Source of the DNA: Tagaea sp.
GTDB taxonomy: Bacteria; Pseudomonadota; Alphaproteobacteria; CACIAM-22H2
Length of the DNA stretch: 64,000 nucleotides
Direction: 5' to 3'
NCBI GenBank assembly: GCA_965279525.1
Contig: CBDIIB010000003.1
Span: forward strand, 576,945-640,944
The notes beneath the pieces were generated by a model that saw only the letters and a list, made by a program, of their open reading frames with translations, was not told where the DNA came from and searched no databases. The position numbers and the translations under genes are program-made. Of the stretch, positions 51,940 to 61,618 are shown one piece after another; within the stretch, counting starts at the first letter, position 1; each line of letters begins with the position of its first letter.

Positions 51940-52763
51940 GCCTTGCCGGCGAGGCGGGCCGCGATCGCCTCGACGTCCATCGCCGCATGGGCGCCGGGAT
52001 GGCGGACCAGCAGCGGCGTCTGCGCATGGATCGAATCGCGCACGCGGCCGTCGCGGCGGACCACGCCCAGCAGCGGCGGCTCGAAGCGCAGGAACTCGCG
52101 GCAGGCCTTGCTCAGCGTCTCGTGGATGCGCTGGCCCTGCGTGGGGTTGCCCGCACTGTTTATGACGATGCGAAGATCGGTGCGCTGGCGGTTGGTCGTC
52201 AGCACCTTGATGAAGGCATAGGCGTCGGTCAGCGCCGTCGGTTCGTCGTTGGTGACCACGATGCAGGTGCGCGACAGGGCGGCAAGGCCGCGCGTGTGGG
52301 CTTCGATTCCGGCACCCAGATCCACGATCGTCGCCTCGTAGTCGGCCGACAGCTCGTAAAGATCGCGGATCAGCTGGGCGAAGCGCGGCTGGGCAAGGCT
52401 AGCGAGATTGCCCGAGCCCGAGCGCCCGGCGAGGATGTCGAACCCGCCGACGGGATAGGGCGTCACGCATTCGCCCAGCGGATGGGCGCCGGCGAAGTAG
52501 TGGCCAAGATCGCGCTTGGGAAACAGGCCGAGCTGGATGTCGACATTGGCAAGCCCCAGATCGCCGTCGAACAGCAGCGTCTTGAGGCCGCGGCGCGCGA
52601 GCGCGCAGGCGAGCGTGACCGAGAACCACGTCTTGCCCACGCCGCCCTTGCCCGAGGCGACGGCGATGAGGCCCAACGAGTTCGCCGGCCGCGTGTCCTG
52701 TCCGGTCTCCACCACCGCGCGCGTGTGCGCCTCGGCGTAGGGAAGGGTGTGGATCTGGCTCAC
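51936..52763 (-). CDS. flhG: MinD-like flagellar ATPase FlhG
   Basis: SGKGGVGKT, DGDLGLANVD, DLGAG, EPTALTDAY; follows flhF with GTGA overlap. Confidence 0.88.
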   Translation of the reverse strand: MSQIHTLPYAEAHTRAVVETGQDTRPANSLGLIAVASGKGGVGKTWFSVTLACALARRGLKTLLFDGDLGLANVDIQLGLFPKRDLGHYFAGAHPLGECVTPYPVGGFDILAGRSGSGNLASLAQPRFAQLIRDLYELSADYEATIVDLGAGIEAHTRGLAALSRTCIVVTNDEPTALTDAYAFIKVLTTNRQRTDLRIVINSAGNPTQGQRIHETLSKACREFLRFEPPLLGVVRRDGRVRDSIHAQTPLLVRHPGAHAAMDVEAIAARLAGKA

Positions 52764-53800
52764 GATACGGCCTCCGTGTTGCGTGCCGCGCGCGTACCGG
52801 CGGCGGCGACGAGAATTCGGGCGAAGCGTTCGGCGTCGAGCGCTTCGAGCGGGTCGGCAGGACTGCCGGAGACCGAAGCTTTCGCGAACGCGTAGGTCCC
52901 GGCGGCGGCGGCGGCCATCAGGCCGCCCATGCGCCGGGCGATGTCGAGACGGGTGGGGATCAGCCGCGTGCAGCCCGCGCGCGCGAAGGCTTCGGCGGTC
53001 TCGGCACTCTCGGCCACGTCGAGGCCGGCGGGCAATGTCAGGACGGGTTCGCCGCCGACAGCGACGGCAAGACGCCCCAGTGCCGCGATGTCGGCCGGGT
53101 TGTTGGGATTGGCGGCGGCGGTATCGACCAGCAGGATGGCGCCGCGCAGTTTGCCGAGCGCGAAGCGCTGCAGGTCTTCGGGCCGTTCGGCCACGTCGAA
53201 GGGAACGCCGAGGATCTGGGCGAAGGCCGAAAGGGCCGGCACGCCGCCGGCCGAGGTCCGGTCGGTCGACACGATGCGCACCGTCATGCCTTCGAGCGTG
53301 GCCTGTGCGGCGATCTTGGCGACAGCGAGCGTCTTGCCGGATGCCGGCGGACCGACGAGCAGAAGCGGGGTTGCCGACGCGCGCCCGCCGAGGGGTGCAA
53401 AGCGGAAGGTGCCCGCAAGGCGGCGGGCCAGCGTGCTGCCGACACTGTCGGAAGGGGTGCGCCGGCCGAGCCGTCCACCTTCCTCGAGGCGGGCGGCAAG
53501 CATCGGCGGCAGGCCGTGGAACGACAGTACCTTGGCAAGCGCGTCGCTTTCCGGCGGGGTGCCGCCGCGTCCGAAGCGCGGGATCGGGCTTTCGCGCAAA
53601 TCCTCGTCCTCGTCGTCGCCGACGAGCTGCGGCTCGAATACCGGCTCGGGGATCTCGGGCCCGCTTTCGATGGCGACGACGACGCGCACGCCGGCGCCGT
53701 CTGTTTCGGTCGCGACGACAAGCGCGTCGTCGCCCAGCTCGCGCTGGATCTGGCGGATCGCGTCCTCTGCGGTCGCGGCGTGATAGGCCTTCAGGCGCAT
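52760..53800 (-). CDS. flhF: SRP-family flagellar GTPase FlhF
   Basis: N-terminal MRLKAY...IQRELGDDALVV; GPPASGKT..AKIA; between flhA and flhG. Confidence 0.85.
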   Translation of the reverse strand: MRLKAYHAATAEDAIRQIQRELGDDALVVATETDGAGVRVVVAIESGPEIPEPVFEPQLVGDDEDEDLRESPIPRFGRGGTPPESDALAKVLSFHGLPPMLAARLEEGGRLGRRTPSDSVGSTLARRLAGTFRFAPLGGRASATPLLLVGPPASGKTLAVAKIAAQATLEGMTVRIVSTDRTSAGGVPALSAFAQILGVPFDVAERPEDLQRFALGKLRGAILLVDTAAANPNNPADIAALGRLAVAVGGEPVLTLPAGLDVAESAETAEAFARAGCTRLIPTRLDIARRMGGLMAAAAAGTYAFAKASVSGSPADPLEALDAERFARILVAAAGTRAARNTEAVS

Positions 53801-53803
53801 GGC

Positions 53804-55918
53804 TTAGATCGTCCCCACGGTCTTGATGCGTGCCTTCGGGTGGATTTCGTTCTGCGACATGATCGCGGTCGAAGGGCGGAAGCGCTCGACGATCGAGCGC
53901 ACGAACGGCCGGGCGAGCGGACTGGTCAGCAGCACCGGGTTCTCGCCCATCAGCGCATGGCGCTCGAACGTGCTGCGCACGCCCTGGATGAACTCCTGCA
54001 GGCGCGAGGGCTGCATGGAAAGCTGGCGGTCCTCGCCCTGGCCGACGATCGATTCGGCGAAGGTCTGCTCCCATTCCGGCCCGAGCGTGACGAGCGGGAT
54101 GAAGCCGCCGTCGACCGAGTTCTGCTCGCAGATCTGGCGCGCGAGGCGCGCGCGCACATGCTCGGTGATGGCGGTGATGTTGCGGGTCTGGCTCGTGGCT
54201 TCCGACACGCCCTCGAGGATCGCCGGCAGGTCGCGGATCGAGATGCGCTCGGCGAGCAGGTTCTGCAGCACGCGCTGCAGGCCGCCGACCGTGATCTGCG
54301 TGGGAACGATCTCGTCGACGAGCTTCTTGTGGTCCTTGCCCAGCTCGTCGAGCAGCTTCTGCGTCTCGGTGTACGAGAGCAGCTCGGCCATGTTGTCCTT
54401 GATGATCTCGGTCAGGTGCGTCGTGATCACGGTCTGCGGATCGACGACCGTCATGCCCTTGAACAGCGCTTCCTCGCGCATCGATTCGTCGACCCACATC
54501 GCGGGCAGGCCGAAGGTCGGCTCCTTCGTCGGTTCGCCGGCCATCCCGATCGCCTCGCCGCGCGGGTCCATGACCAGCAGCAGGCCCGGACGCAGGTCGC
54601 CGCGCCCGGCGATGATTTCCTTGATGCGCAGCGCGTACTCGGTCGAGGGCAGCTGCATGTTGTCCTGGATGCGCACCGACGGCATCACGAAGCCCATGTC
54701 GCCGGCAAGTTGGCGGCGCAGGGCCTTGATCTGGTCGGTCAGGCGCTGGCCCTTGTCGGCGTTGATCAGCGGCAGCAGGCCGTAGCCGAGCTCGAGGCGG
54801 ATGAGGTCGATGTGCAGCGAGGCCTGGATGGGTTCTTCGGCCGGCGGCGGCGGCGTTTCGGCGATGATCTTCTGGGCGGCCTCGGCGGCGACCAGCGCGT
54901 CCTGCTGCTTGAACATCTCGAAGGCGGCATAGCCGCTCATCGCCGACAGGATGGCGAAGGGCACGAAGGGCAGGCCGGGCACGACGGCGAGCGCGCCGGT
55001 CAGCACCGAGCACAGCACGAGCGCCTTGGGATACCCGCCGAGCTGGCCGAACATCGCCTTGTCGGCCGAGCCGCGGATGCCGGCCTTGGTCACGAGCAGG
55101 CCGGCCGCGACCGACGTGATCAGGGCCGGGACCTGGCTGACGAGACCGTCGCCGACGGTCAGCAGCGTGTAGTAGTTGGCCGCCTGGGCGACCGTCAGGC
55201 TGTGGGTGGTCGTGCCGATGATGATGCCGGCGATGACGTTGATGAACGTGATGAGCAGGCCCGCGACGGCATCGCCACGCACGAACTTCGCGGCACCGTC
55301 CATCGAACCGAAGAAGGTGCTTTCGTCTTCGAGATCCGTGCGCCGCTTGCGCGCCGTGGCCTCGTCGATCAGGCCCGCGGAAAGGTCGGCGTCGATGGCC
55401 ATCTGCTTGCCGGGCATCGCGTCGAGGTTGAAGCGCGCCGACACTTCAGCGATGCGCCCCGAGCCCTTGGTGATGACGACGAAGTTCACGATCACGAGAA
55501 TCGCGAAGATGATGACGCCGATGACGAAGTTGCCGCCCATCAGGAGGCCGCCGAAGGCGCGCACGACCTCGCCCGCGGCCCCGATGCCCTCGTGGCCGTG
55601 GGACAGAATCAGGCGCGTCGTCGCGAGGTTGAGCGCCAGGCGCATCAGCGTGGCAATCAGCAGGATGGTCGGGAAGGAGCTGAAATCCAGCGGCCGCTGG
55701 ATGAACAGCGAGACGAGCAGGATCAGCACCGAGATGGTGATGGAGAGTGCAAGCAGGATGTCGACGAGCCAGGTCGGCAGGGGGACGAGCAGCACGAGCA
55801 GGATGCCGAAGACGCCCAGTGCGAGCAGCACTTCGCCCTGCCGGCCGAGTGCCCGGAGGCTCTCGATCGGGTCGAATCCCTGTGTCTGTGCTTCCTGGCC
55901 AGCTGCCGGATCGGCCAT
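53804..55918 (-). CDS. flhA: Flagellar export gate protein FlhA
   Basis: RIAEVSARF.LDAMPGKQMAIDADL, FGSMDGA.KFVRGDA, GDGLV. Confidence 0.97.
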   Translation of the reverse strand: MADPAAGQEAQTQGFDPIESLRALGRQGEVLLALGVFGILLVLLVPLPTWLVDILLALSITISVLILLVSLFIQRPLDFSSFPTILLIATLMRLALNLATTRLILSHGHEGIGAAGEVVRAFGGLLMGGNFVIGVIIFAILVIVNFVVITKGSGRIAEVSARFNLDAMPGKQMAIDADLSAGLIDEATARKRRTDLEDESTFFGSMDGAAKFVRGDAVAGLLITFINVIAGIIIGTTTHSLTVAQAANYYTLLTVGDGLVSQVPALITSVAAGLLVTKAGIRGSADKAMFGQLGGYPKALVLCSVLTGALAVVPGLPFVPFAILSAMSGYAAFEMFKQQDALVAAEAAQKIIAETPPPPAEEPIQASLHIDLIRLELGYGLLPLINADKGQRLTDQIKALRRQLAGDMGFVMPSVRIQDNMQLPSTEYALRIKEIIAGRGDLRPGLLLVMDPRGEAIGMAGEPTKEPTFGLPAMWVDESMREEALFKGMTVVDPQTVITTHLTEIIKDNMAELLSYTETQKLLDELGKDHKKLVDEIVPTQITVGGLQRVLQNLLAERISIRDLPAILEGVSEATSQTRNITAITEHVRARLARQICEQNSVDGGFIPLVTLGPEWEQTFAESIVGQGEDRQLSMQPSRLQEFIQGVRSTFERHALMGENPVLLTSPLARPFVRSIVERFRPSTAIMSQNEIHPKARIKTVGTI

Positions 55919-55944
55919 GTTCGCCTAGCTCGTTTTTCGGGTCT

Positions 55945-57315
55945 TCAGAATGCGGGGCGCGGTTCGCTGCCGGTGGGCGGCGGCGGGGGCGCGAAGCCCT
56001 GGTCGTTGTAGATCTTCAGCTTGTTGCGCAGCGTGCGGATCGAGATGCCCAGGATGTTCGCCGCATGCGTGCGGTTGCCAAGGCAGTGCGTCAGCGTATC
56101 GAGGATCAGCTCGCGTTCGACATCGTCGACCGTCCGGCCGACGAGACCGGCTTTGGCACCGCCTGCGGCGGAACCGCCGCTTGCGGCGGGTGCGCCGGGC
56201 CGGTCTTCGGGGCGCGTGGCGCCCTGCAGGACGATGGCCTCGGGGCCTACGACCGGGCTCTTGGCGAGAAGGACAGCGCGATGGACGGTATTCTCGAGCT
56301 CGCGCACGTTGCCGCGCCAGGTGTGCCCGCGCAGCATCGCCATCGCCTCGGGGGCGAAAGCGCGCGCGTCGGTCCCGTTGGCTTCGGCGTATTTGCGCAT
56401 GAAGTGCTCGGCCAGCACGTCAATGTCGAGCGGGCGCGCGCGCAAGGGCGGCAGACGCACGGTGACGACGTTCAGGCGGAAATAGAGATCTTCGCGGAAG
56501 CGGCCGGCGCGCACTTCGCCTTCCAGCTCGCGGTTGGTCGAGGCGAGGATGCGGATGTCCACCTTGATGGGCTGCGTGCCGCCTACGCGGTCGATGACGC
56601 GTTCCTGGATCGCACGCAGGAGCTTGGCCTGCAGGCGCATGTCCATCTCGCCGAGTTCGTCGAGGAACAGCGTGCCGCCGTTGGCCTCCTCGAACTTGCC
56701 GATGCGTCGGGCGACGGCACCGGTGAACGCACCCTTCTCGTGGCCGAACAGTTCGCTCTCGAGCAGGTTGTCGGGGATCGCGGCACAGTTCACGCAGATG
56801 ATGGGTGCTCCCGAGCGCTTGCTCTTGGCATGGACGTAGCGCGCCATCAGCTCTTTGCCGGTCCCGGATTCGCCGGTGATCAGGATCGAGGCGTCGGACG
56901 CGGCCACCCGGTCGGCGAGGCGCAGCGTGTCGCCCATCGCCGGATCCTTGAAGACGATCGCCGCACTTTCCTCGGTCACCGCGGCGAGCACTGCCGCGAT
57001 CAGCTCGGGCTCGGGCGGCAGCGGGATATACTCCTTCGCCCCTGCCTTGATCGCGCGCACCGCCGCAGCCGAATCCGTCCCGATGCCGCAGGCGATGACC
57101 GGGATGTGGATGCGTTCGTTGCGGAGCGCTTCGACGAGGCCGCCGATGTCGAGGCCGACGTCGATCATCACCAGATCGGCGCCCTTGCCGCCGCGCAGCG
57201 CGTCGAGGCCCCGCTCGACGTCGTCGACCTGGCTGACCTTCGCGCCGCGCGCGATGGCGATCTTCGCCGCGGTCGAGACCTGGCCGCTCAGGGAACCGAT
57301 AATCAGTAGGCGCAT
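55945..57315 (-). CDS. flbD: Sigma54-dependent flagellar activator FlbD
   Basis: Atypical receiver MRLLIIG; GESGTGKE; GAFTGA; [24 protein letters not shown]; follows fliN. Confidence 0.92.
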   Translation of the reverse strand: MRLLIIGSLSGQVSTAAKIAIARGAKVSQVDDVERGLDALRGGKGADLVMIDVGLDIGGLVEALRNERIHIPVIACGIGTDSAAAVRAIKAGAKEYIPLPPEPELIAAVLAAVTEESAAIVFKDPAMGDTLRLADRVAASDASILITGESGTGKELMARYVHAKSKRSGAPIICVNCAAIPDNLLESELFGHEKGAFTGAVARRIGKFEEANGGTLFLDELGEMDMRLQAKLLRAIQERVIDRVGGTQPIKVDIRILASTNRELEGEVRAGRFREDLYFRLNVVTVRLPPLRARPLDIDVLAEHFMRKYAEANGTDARAFAPEAMAMLRGHTWRGNVRELENTVHRAVLLAKSPVVGPEAIVLQGATRPEDRPGAPAASGGSAAGGAKAGLVGRTVDDVERELILDTLTHCLGNRTHAANILGISIRTLRNKLKIYNDQGFAPPPPPTGSEPRPAF

Positions 57316-57343
57316 GCTCGCAAGCTCCGGCGTCTTTGGCGTG

Positions 57344-57721
57344 TCAGCTACGGTCGACCTTGACGATTTCCGTCATGGTCACGCCGAGGCGTTCGTCCAC
57401 GACGACGACTTCGCCGCGTGCCACGAGGCGGTTGTTGACGTAGATGTCGATCGCTTCGCCGACCTTGCGGTCGAGTTCGACAACGGCACCGCGGCCGAGC
57501 TTCAGGAGCTGGTTGACCTGCATGGTCGCCTTGCCGAGCACCGCCGAAACGGTGACGGGGATGTCGTACACGGCTTCCAGTTCCTTGGCCGTGCGCGCCT
57601 GGCGGTTGTCGCCCCCGCCACCACCGCCGCCGCCACCGCCGCCGGCGGCACCCATCTGCGGATCGCCCGCCATGGCCTTGGCCATGTCGAGGTCGTCGAA
57701 ATTCACTTTCTCGTCGGCCAT
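57344..57721 (-). CDS. fliN: Flagellar motor switch protein FliN
   Basis: DIPVTVSAVLG, LGRGAVVELDRKVGE, ARGEVVVV. Confidence 0.95.
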   Translation of the reverse strand: MADEKVNFDDLDMAKAMAGDPQMGAAGGGGGGGGGGGDNRQARTAKELEAVYDIPVTVSAVLGKATMQVNQLLKLGRGAVVELDRKVGEAIDIYVNNRLVARGEVVVVDERLGVTMTEIVKVDRS

Positions 57722-57741
57722 CTGTCGACTCCTTCCAGGAT

Positions 57742-58410
57742 TCAGTTGTTGTCGCCGCTACCCGGCTGCATCGCCAGATAGCGTTCGATCGCGTCTTCGA
57801 TTTCCTTCCAGACGTCGGCGAGATTTCGCTCGACGCCGCCGTTCAGCCATTCGATGCGGGCGTCCGTCGCCGGCAGGTTCGGATCGGGCAGCACGACGAT
57901 GCGTCCGGCATAGCCGAGGACCGCACCCAGTGCCTCGAACTTCTCGCGGATCAGGTCGGCGACCGCCGGATTGACCTTCGCGACGAAGCGCGGCTGTTCG
58001 GCCAGCCGCTCGATGCATTCGCGCATCAGGGCCTCGATTTCTTCCACGCCGCGCGTGGCGGCCATCGCCGGCAGAAGCTTGCGCGCGATGGCGCCCATCG
58101 CCTGCACCGCACCGGCATCGGCTTCGGCGCGCGCGCGATCGGCGGCGGCAAGCGCCAGGGGCAGGGTGGCTTCCATCTGCGCCAGCGCCTGTGCGGCAAG
58201 GTGCGAGGCATCGCCCAGCGCTTCGGCGCGCCCGGCATCGAAGCCTTCGGCGCGGCCGGCTGCGTGCGCGTTCTGCTTGGCCATCTCGACTTCGACTTCG
58301 GTGTACTGCTTGGGCTTGCGCCGCAGGATCACGGGCATCGGCTCGCCGTCCGGCCCGACACCGGGCTGGGCGAACTCTTCCTGGAAGAGGAACTTGCTGA
58401 TGGCTGGCAT
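57742..58410 (-). CDS. fliH: Flagellar assembly protein FliH (FlbE-like)
   Basis: KFLF N-terminus, GxxxG repeats (GRAEGFDAG), IEWLNGGVER. Confidence 0.88.
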   Translation of the reverse strand: MPAISKFLFQEEFAQPGVGPDGEPMPVILRRKPKQYTEVEVEMAKQNAHAAGRAEGFDAGRAEALGDASHLAAQALAQMEATLPLALAAADRARAEADAGAVQAMGAIARKLLPAMAATRGVEEIEALMRECIERLAEQPRFVAKVNPAVADLIREKFEALGAVLGYAGRIVVLPDPNLPATDARIEWLNGGVERNLADVWKEIEDAIERYLAMQPGSGDNN

Positions 58411-58432
58411 CGGGTTTCGTTCCCTTGCTTCT

Positions 58433-58672
58433 TCAGGCGGCGATCGAAAGCGAGACGTGTGTGGCGAATTCCTCGATCAGCTGTTCGACTTCCTTGGCAT
58501 CCAGGCGCCCGAGGTCGGCGAAGCCGACGGCAAGCGTCGTGATGTCGCGGTCGTCGAGTTCGGCGCAGAGCCTCGCGGCGGCGTCCTCGCCGAGCGCCAG
58601 CATCAGGATGGCGGCCTTGCGGCGGCCGTCGAGATGGCGGACGGGCGGCTGGCGTGTGGTGCTGGCTTCCAT
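58433..58672 (-). CDS. fliG: FliG N-terminal-domain-only protein (79 aa; mini or truncated fliG)
   Basis: LDGRRKAAILMLALGED...LG...VEQLIEEF matches FliG_N; GGGAG RBS; sits between fliF and fliH with no room for the middle and C-terminal domains. Confidence 0.8.
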   Translation of the reverse strand: MEASTTRQPPVRHLDGRRKAAILMLALGEDAAARLCAELDDRDITTLAVGFADLGRLDAKEVEQLIEEFATHVSLSIAA

Positions 58673-58702
58673 GGTGCTCCCTTTGCTCCGGTCCGTCGAC
58701 GC

Positions 58703-60367
58703 TTAGGTTTCCTGGTACATCCAGGTCCGCAGGATGGCCACGGCCTCTTCCGGATGCTTCTCGACGATCTCGCCGATCTTCTTGATCGACGAGGCGCGCA
58801 CGCGGCCTTCGACCTGGGCGATGTCGATCATCTGCTCGATCTCGCTGGGGCCTTCCATGCCGGGCGACGGGCCGCCGGGCAAAGCGAGGCTGCCGGGCGC
58901 GGACCCCGGCATCAGCTGCGCCTGCTGGGCGGCCTGGTCGGCGGCCATGCGTTCCTGTTCGCGGCGGTCCTGGGCCGATTTCAGCACGTGGTTGATGATC
59001 GGACGCGCGACCAGCAGGATCACGAGCAGGGCGACGATCGCCATGACGAAGACTTCGGCCAGGCGCAGGAGGTCGGCGCGCGTGAAGTCGAACAGGCCGG
59101 GCTCGGTCGTGTCGACGACGATCTCTTCGGGCGCGTAGAAACGCAGATTGACGACCTCGAGCGAGTCGCCGCGCCGCTGGTCGAAGCCGATGGCCGAGCG
59201 CACGAGTGCCGTCAGGCGCTGCATGTCTTCTTCCGAGCGCGGCTGGTACTGCTTTTCGGCACCCGTTCCGGTCACGTTGCCGTCGACGACGACGGCGACC
59301 GAGAGCTTGCGCACGACGCCGGATTCGCGCACGTGCTGGCGCACCGTCTTGCTGATCTCGAAGTTGGTGGTTTCCTCCGAGCGGTTGCCGCGGTTCGTGG
59401 TCTTCGGCGCACCGCCGGAATCCTGGCTCGCGTCGGGCAGGTTGTTCTGGACCGAGACCTGGGCGGCAGCTTCGGAAGCCTCGTTCGTCTCGGTCACGGT
59501 CTGCGTCGAGCGCACGACCTGGCCGTCGGGATCGAAGAGTTCCTGGTTGGTCACGATGCGGTCGAAGTCGAGATCGACGGCGACCTCGGCGCGGACCTTG
59601 CCCGGGCCGATCGTGCGCTCGATGATGCCTTCGATCGTGCGCGCGAGGCGCTGTTCGTAGGCGCGGCGCAGTTCTTCGGCCGAAGTGCTCGTCGCCGACG
59701 GATCGTCGCTTTCGGCCTGGCCCTTGGCGAGCAGGTTGCCGCGGTCGTCGACGACCGAAACGCGCACCGGGCGCATGTTGGGGACCGCCGCCGCGACGAG
59801 CGACTGGATCGCCTGGACCTGCTGGCGGGGGAGGCGATTGTTGGGATCGCGCATGCGCAGGATGACCGACGCGGTCGGCTCCTGGCGTTCGCGGTTGAAC
59901 AGGTCGCGCCGCGGGATCACGAGATGGACGCGCGCTCCCGCGACCGGCTGCAGGGCGCTGACCGTGCGCGCGAGTTCGCCTTCCATGGCGCGCGTCTGGT
60001 TGATCTGCTGCATGAAGTTCGTCTGGCCGAGCACGTCGCCCCGGTCGAAGATCTCGTAGCCGATCGAGCCGCCGCGCGGGATGCCGGCTTCCGCGAAGCT
60101 CAGGCGCAGGCGCAGCACCCGGTCTTCGGGCACCATCACCGTGTTGCCGCCATTGCGAAGCTCGAAGGGGACCTGCTGCTGCTCGAGCCGGGCCGTGATC
60201 TGCCCGGCGTCGGTCGGCGACAGCTCGCTATAGAGCAGCGCCATCGGCGGCTGGGACAAACGCATTGAAAAGAAAAAGAAAAAGCCGAGCAGGCCGACGG
60301 CGACGGCGCCCAGAAGGCCCAGGCGCATCGGCCCCAGCTGGCGGAGCGTATCCATGAAACTATTCAC
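58703..60367 (-). CDS. fliF: Flagellar MS-ring protein FliF
   Basis: GYEIFD, RAMEGELARTV, ARVHL, SAIGFD..RGD; two TM; C-terminal AILRTWM. Confidence 0.97.
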   Translation of the reverse strand: MNSFMDTLRQLGPMRLGLLGAVAVGLLGFFFFFSMRLSQPPMALLYSELSPTDAGQITARLEQQQVPFELRNGGNTVMVPEDRVLRLRLSFAEAGIPRGGSIGYEIFDRGDVLGQTNFMQQINQTRAMEGELARTVSALQPVAGARVHLVIPRRDLFNRERQEPTASVILRMRDPNNRLPRQQVQAIQSLVAAAVPNMRPVRVSVVDDRGNLLAKGQAESDDPSATSTSAEELRRAYEQRLARTIEGIIERTIGPGKVRAEVAVDLDFDRIVTNQELFDPDGQVVRSTQTVTETNEASEAAAQVSVQNNLPDASQDSGGAPKTTNRGNRSEETTNFEISKTVRQHVRESGVVRKLSVAVVVDGNVTGTGAEKQYQPRSEEDMQRLTALVRSAIGFDQRRGDSLEVVNLRFYAPEEIVVDTTEPGLFDFTRADLLRLAEVFVMAIVALLVILLVARPIINHVLKSAQDRREQERMAADQAAQQAQLMPGSAPGSLALPGGPSPGMEGPSEIEQMIDIAQVEGRVRASSIKKIGEIVEKHPEEAVAILRTWMYQET

Positions 60368-60487
60368 GCGGACCTTCCCTCGGGGCTAAGACCCCAGTCC
60401 TGAAAAATCGACCCGGCTTTAGATTCAAATCGCGCCCTAATTCACGCAATTTTATCCAAAACTTGATACGTATCGTAGGGAAGAGGA

Positions 60488-60544
60488 GTGAACGAAAGAT
60501 TAATACCCGGCAGATTTTTCCCGGTTACCGGGAAATAATTGCCG
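60488..60544 (-). promoter_or_regulatory. fliF control region: CtrA-like box and paired ftr-like dyads
   Basis: Minus-strand TTAA-N7-TTCAC (60503-60488); CGGCAGATTTTTCCCG (60508-60523) and CGGGAAATAATTGCCG (60529-60544). Confidence 0.6.
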
Positions 60545-60588
60545 AGTCTGCATGGGTTTAGAGTGAAAGTTCGAGTCGAATCTGAGGT

Positions 60589-60903
60589 TTAGCGGCGTTT
60601 TCCGCCCTGTTCGGGCGCTGCGGGAATTTCACGATATTCTTTCACCCGGGTCGCCCGGAGACCCCGCGGGCCGTGCCGGTCGATCAAACGCTGCCAGGAA
60701 TTGAATTCCTCGGGCGAAAGGTTGTAGTGGCGGCAGGCGTCGTCCAGCGTGAGCGTCCCTTTGCGCACGGCATCGACCACGGCCGCCTTGCGACGGATGA
60801 CCCAGCGCTTGGTGCCCGGCGCAGGCAGGATCCCGCCCAGGATGTCGCGCGACGTTGCGGACAGGCGGGTGGGCGAGTCTGGCGTCTGCCGGTCGGTATC
60901 CAT
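60589..60903 (-). CDS. sciP: CtrA inhibitor SciP (DUF1153)
   Basis: LP.PGTKRWVIRRKAAVVDAV, C..Y.LS.EEF.SW, GLRATR. Confidence 0.9.
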   Translation of the reverse strand: MDTDRQTPDSPTRLSATSRDILGGILPAPGTKRWVIRRKAAVVDAVRKGTLTLDDACRHYNLSPEEFNSWQRLIDRHGPRGLRATRVKEYREIPAAPEQGGKRR

Positions 60904-60955
60904 GACCAAGCTGAATCCTTCGATTGCACTTCGCTCGAAATCTACGGCTTCGTTC

Positions 60956-60971
60956 TTAAACATTGAGTTAA
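60956..60971 (-). promoter_or_regulatory. CtrA-like box upstream of sciP
   Basis: Minus-strand TTAA-N7-TTTAA, about 55 bp upstream of the ATG; sciP is a known CtrA target. Confidence 0.6.
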
Positions 60972-60982
60972 GGCCTCCAGCC

Positions 60983-61618
60983 TCAGAACGCGGAAAAGGT
61001 CGACAGGCAGTCGCGTCGGCACAGTGAAATATTCGGTGTTCCCGGCCGCCGACCGAGCGGATAGCGCAGGCAGCGTCCGCAGCTTTCGGCCCACATGGCG
61101 CGCGCGACCGGTGAGACCGGCTCGAGGGCCGTCGGTCCAACGGGCTTTTCTCTGGCTTCCCAGAAGGTTGGCGGATCGGGCGGATCCTCCGCACGCCATC
61201 CGGTCGGGCCGCGCGACCAGACGAACTCGTAGCGCGCCCGCATGCCGTCGCCACTGATTACTGCCAGCCCGCTGACCGGCGCAGGCCGATCCGCCATGCC
61301 GGGCAGGGGGAGCAGGGTTGCGCGCCAGGCGGTGCCGGCGCGCAAGTCTGCGAGCGCCACCGGCTCGGCAAAAGTCGCGCGACGGCCGGAATGCGTGCGC
61401 CAGGCCAGCATGTGAGGTTCCGCGCGATCGGGGACATAGACATGGAACCGCGCGTCGGCGCGCCAGATGCCGACGAGACCCTGGCGTTCGCGCGGCGCAG
61501 CGTTGCCAAGCAGCAGCGCGAAAGACGGGATGCCCGCGCGCGCGTGGAGCGACGGCGCGTCGATGTCCGTCTGTGCGTGCGGTTCGCCGCGCTCGACCGC
61601 GGGTGCGGCGAGTTGCAT
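60983..61618 (-). CDS. Hypothetical protein coupled to flgD
   Basis: ATG overlaps the flgD stop (TGATG); 211 aa filling the flgD-sciP gap; no family recognised. Confidence 0.45.
   Translation of the reverse strand: MQLAAPAVERGEPHAQTDIDAPSLHARAGIPSFALLLGNAAPRERQGLVGIWRADARFHVYVPDRAEPHMLAWRTHSGRRATFAEPVALADLRAGTAWRATLLPLPGMADRPAPVSGLAVISGDGMRARYEFVWSRGPTGWRAEDPPDPPTFWEAREKPVGPTALEPVSPVARAMWAESCGRCLRYPLGRRPGTPNISLCRRDCLSTFSAF

Noticed and set aside
55945-57315. FlbD receiver lacks the N-terminal acidic pocket
   Set aside because: Known feature of FlbD.
60589-60903. sciP inside the flagellar cluster
   Set aside because: Linkage of sciP to flagellar genes is known in alphaproteobacteria.
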